Position numbers and translations under genes: made by a program. Below the pieces are notes generated by a model. The model saw only the letters and a program-made list of their open reading frames with translations, searched no databases and was not told the origin of the DNA. A stretch of DNA of 63,019 bases, counting the filler, from Raillietiella orientalis (Eukaryota): NCBI GenBank assembly GCA_036172245.1. It is 14 parts of 14 records of this genome, joined end to end, with 100 filler letters (N's around TTAATTAATTAA, not from the genome) between each part and the next. Parts side by side here need not be neighbours in the genome. Positions count along the whole stretch, not along the records: positions 58,751 to 63,019 come from JAYWIR010000351.1; 13 more parts are not named here. One strand, given 5' to 3'. Shown one piece after another: positions 61,701 to 63,019 of the stretch (position 1 is the first letter of the stretch; each line of letters opens with the position of its first letter).

Positions 61701-63007
61701 GTCGGAATCCTGAGACATCAAAATGGTTGGAATCAATCTACTTCCTCTTCCAGCATAGAAATTGAATCTTCAAAATGCATCACAGAAATTCCTCTATCTT
61801 TTCTATTTCCAATGTGGTGTTTTCCGTCCAAATCTTCGCACTTGCACCAACACGACCATGGCCGGTTCCCGATGAATTCGGTCGCAATCGTGAGACATGA
61901 AAATGGTTGGAATCAATGTACTTCCACTTCCAGCATAGAGATAGAATCCTCAAAGTGCATCAAAAAAATTCCTTTATCTTTTCTATTTCCAATGTGGTGT
62001 TTTTCGTCCAAATCTCCGCACTTGCACCAAAGCGACCATGGCCGTTTCCCGATGAATTCGGTCGCAATCCTGAGACATCGAAATGGTGGGAAGCAATCTA
62101 CTTCCACTTCCAGCATAGAAATAGAATCTTCAAAGTGCATCCAAAAAATTCCTCTATCTTTTCTATTTCCAATGTGGTGTTTTCCGTCCAAATCTCCGCA
62201 CTTGCACCTAAACGACCATGGCCGCTTCCCGATGAATTCGGTCGCAATCCTGAGACATCAAAATGGTTGGAATCAATCTACTTCCTTTTCCAGCATAGAA
62301 ATAGAATCTTTGAAGTGCATCAAAAAAATTCCTTTATCTTTTCTACTTCCAATGTGGTGTTTTCCGTCCAAATCTCCGCACTTGCACCTAAACGAACATG
62401 GCCGGTTCCCGATTAATTCGGTCGCAATCCTGAGACATCAAAATGGTTGGAAGCAAACTACTTCCTCTTCCAGCATAGAAATAGAATCTTCAAAGTGCAT
62501 CAAAAAAATTCCTTTATCTTTTCTATTTCCAGTGTGGTGTTTTCCGTCGTAATCTCCGCACTTGCACCAAAACGACCATGGCCGGTTCCCGATTAATTCG
62601 GTCGCAATCCTGAGACATGAAAATGGTTGCAAGCAATCTACTTCTACTTCCTACATCCAAATAGAATCTTCAAAGTGGATCAAAAAAATTCGTTTATCTT
62701 TTCTATTTCCAATGTGGTGTTTTCCGTACAAATCTCCGCACTTGCACCAAAACGACCATGGCCGTTTCCCTTTGAATTCGGTCGCAATCCTGAGACATCA
62801 AAATGGTTGGAAGCAATCTACTCCGTCTTCCAGGATAGAAATTGAATCTTCAAAATGCATCACAGAAATTCCTCTATGTTTTCTATTTCCAATGTGGTGT
62901 TTTCCGTCCAAATCTTCGCACTTGCACCAAAACGACCATGGCCGGTTCCCGATGAATTCGGTCGCAATCCTGAGACATGAAAATGGTTGGAATCAATGTA
63001 CTTCCAT
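58751..63007 (+). repeat. 180-bp satellite (about 23.5 monomers) with higher-order repeat
   Basis: CTTTTCTATTTCCAATGTGG recurs every 180 nt; most monomers carry NcoI and EcoRI sites. Confidence 0.97.
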
Positions 63008-63019
63008 ATTGTACATCTC

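Noticed and set aside
61512..62552. 346-aa repeat-protein ORF
   Set aside because: 180 is divisible by 3, so frames stay open. Two frames are open and stops appear sporadically in other monomers.

Overview
This is not a continuous locus. It is 14 unplaced contigs of about 4.3-4.7 kb, sorted by decreasing size and joined by artificial 100-nt N/TTAATTAATTAA/N linkers, so nothing can be inferred across the gaps. The content is eukaryotic repeat DNA; the mitochondrial strand layout and a Buster-type hAT fragment suggest an invertebrate, possibly a clade I nematode (inference only). Nine contigs consist wholly or largely of nested L1/Tx1-like non-LTR retrotransposons (ORF1 with two CCHC knuckles; ORF2 with APE endonuclease, RT and a C-terminal zinc finger), mostly decayed and belonging to several families labelled A-H here. 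One contig is a decayed mitochondrial insertion (nad4, nad5, nad3, cox3). Four contigs are satellites: related 277-bp families and a 180-bp family, both with higher-order repeats. Main observation: these retrotransposons appear to insert site-specifically into conserved coding motifs of each other. Four junctions in four diverged hosts fall antisense on the RT D-L-x-K-A-F-D codons, and further junctions fall at other ORF1/ORF2 motifs. The families share a terminal AATAAAC + hairpin with no poly(A) tail, and most share a 45-nt covarying 3'UTR structure.
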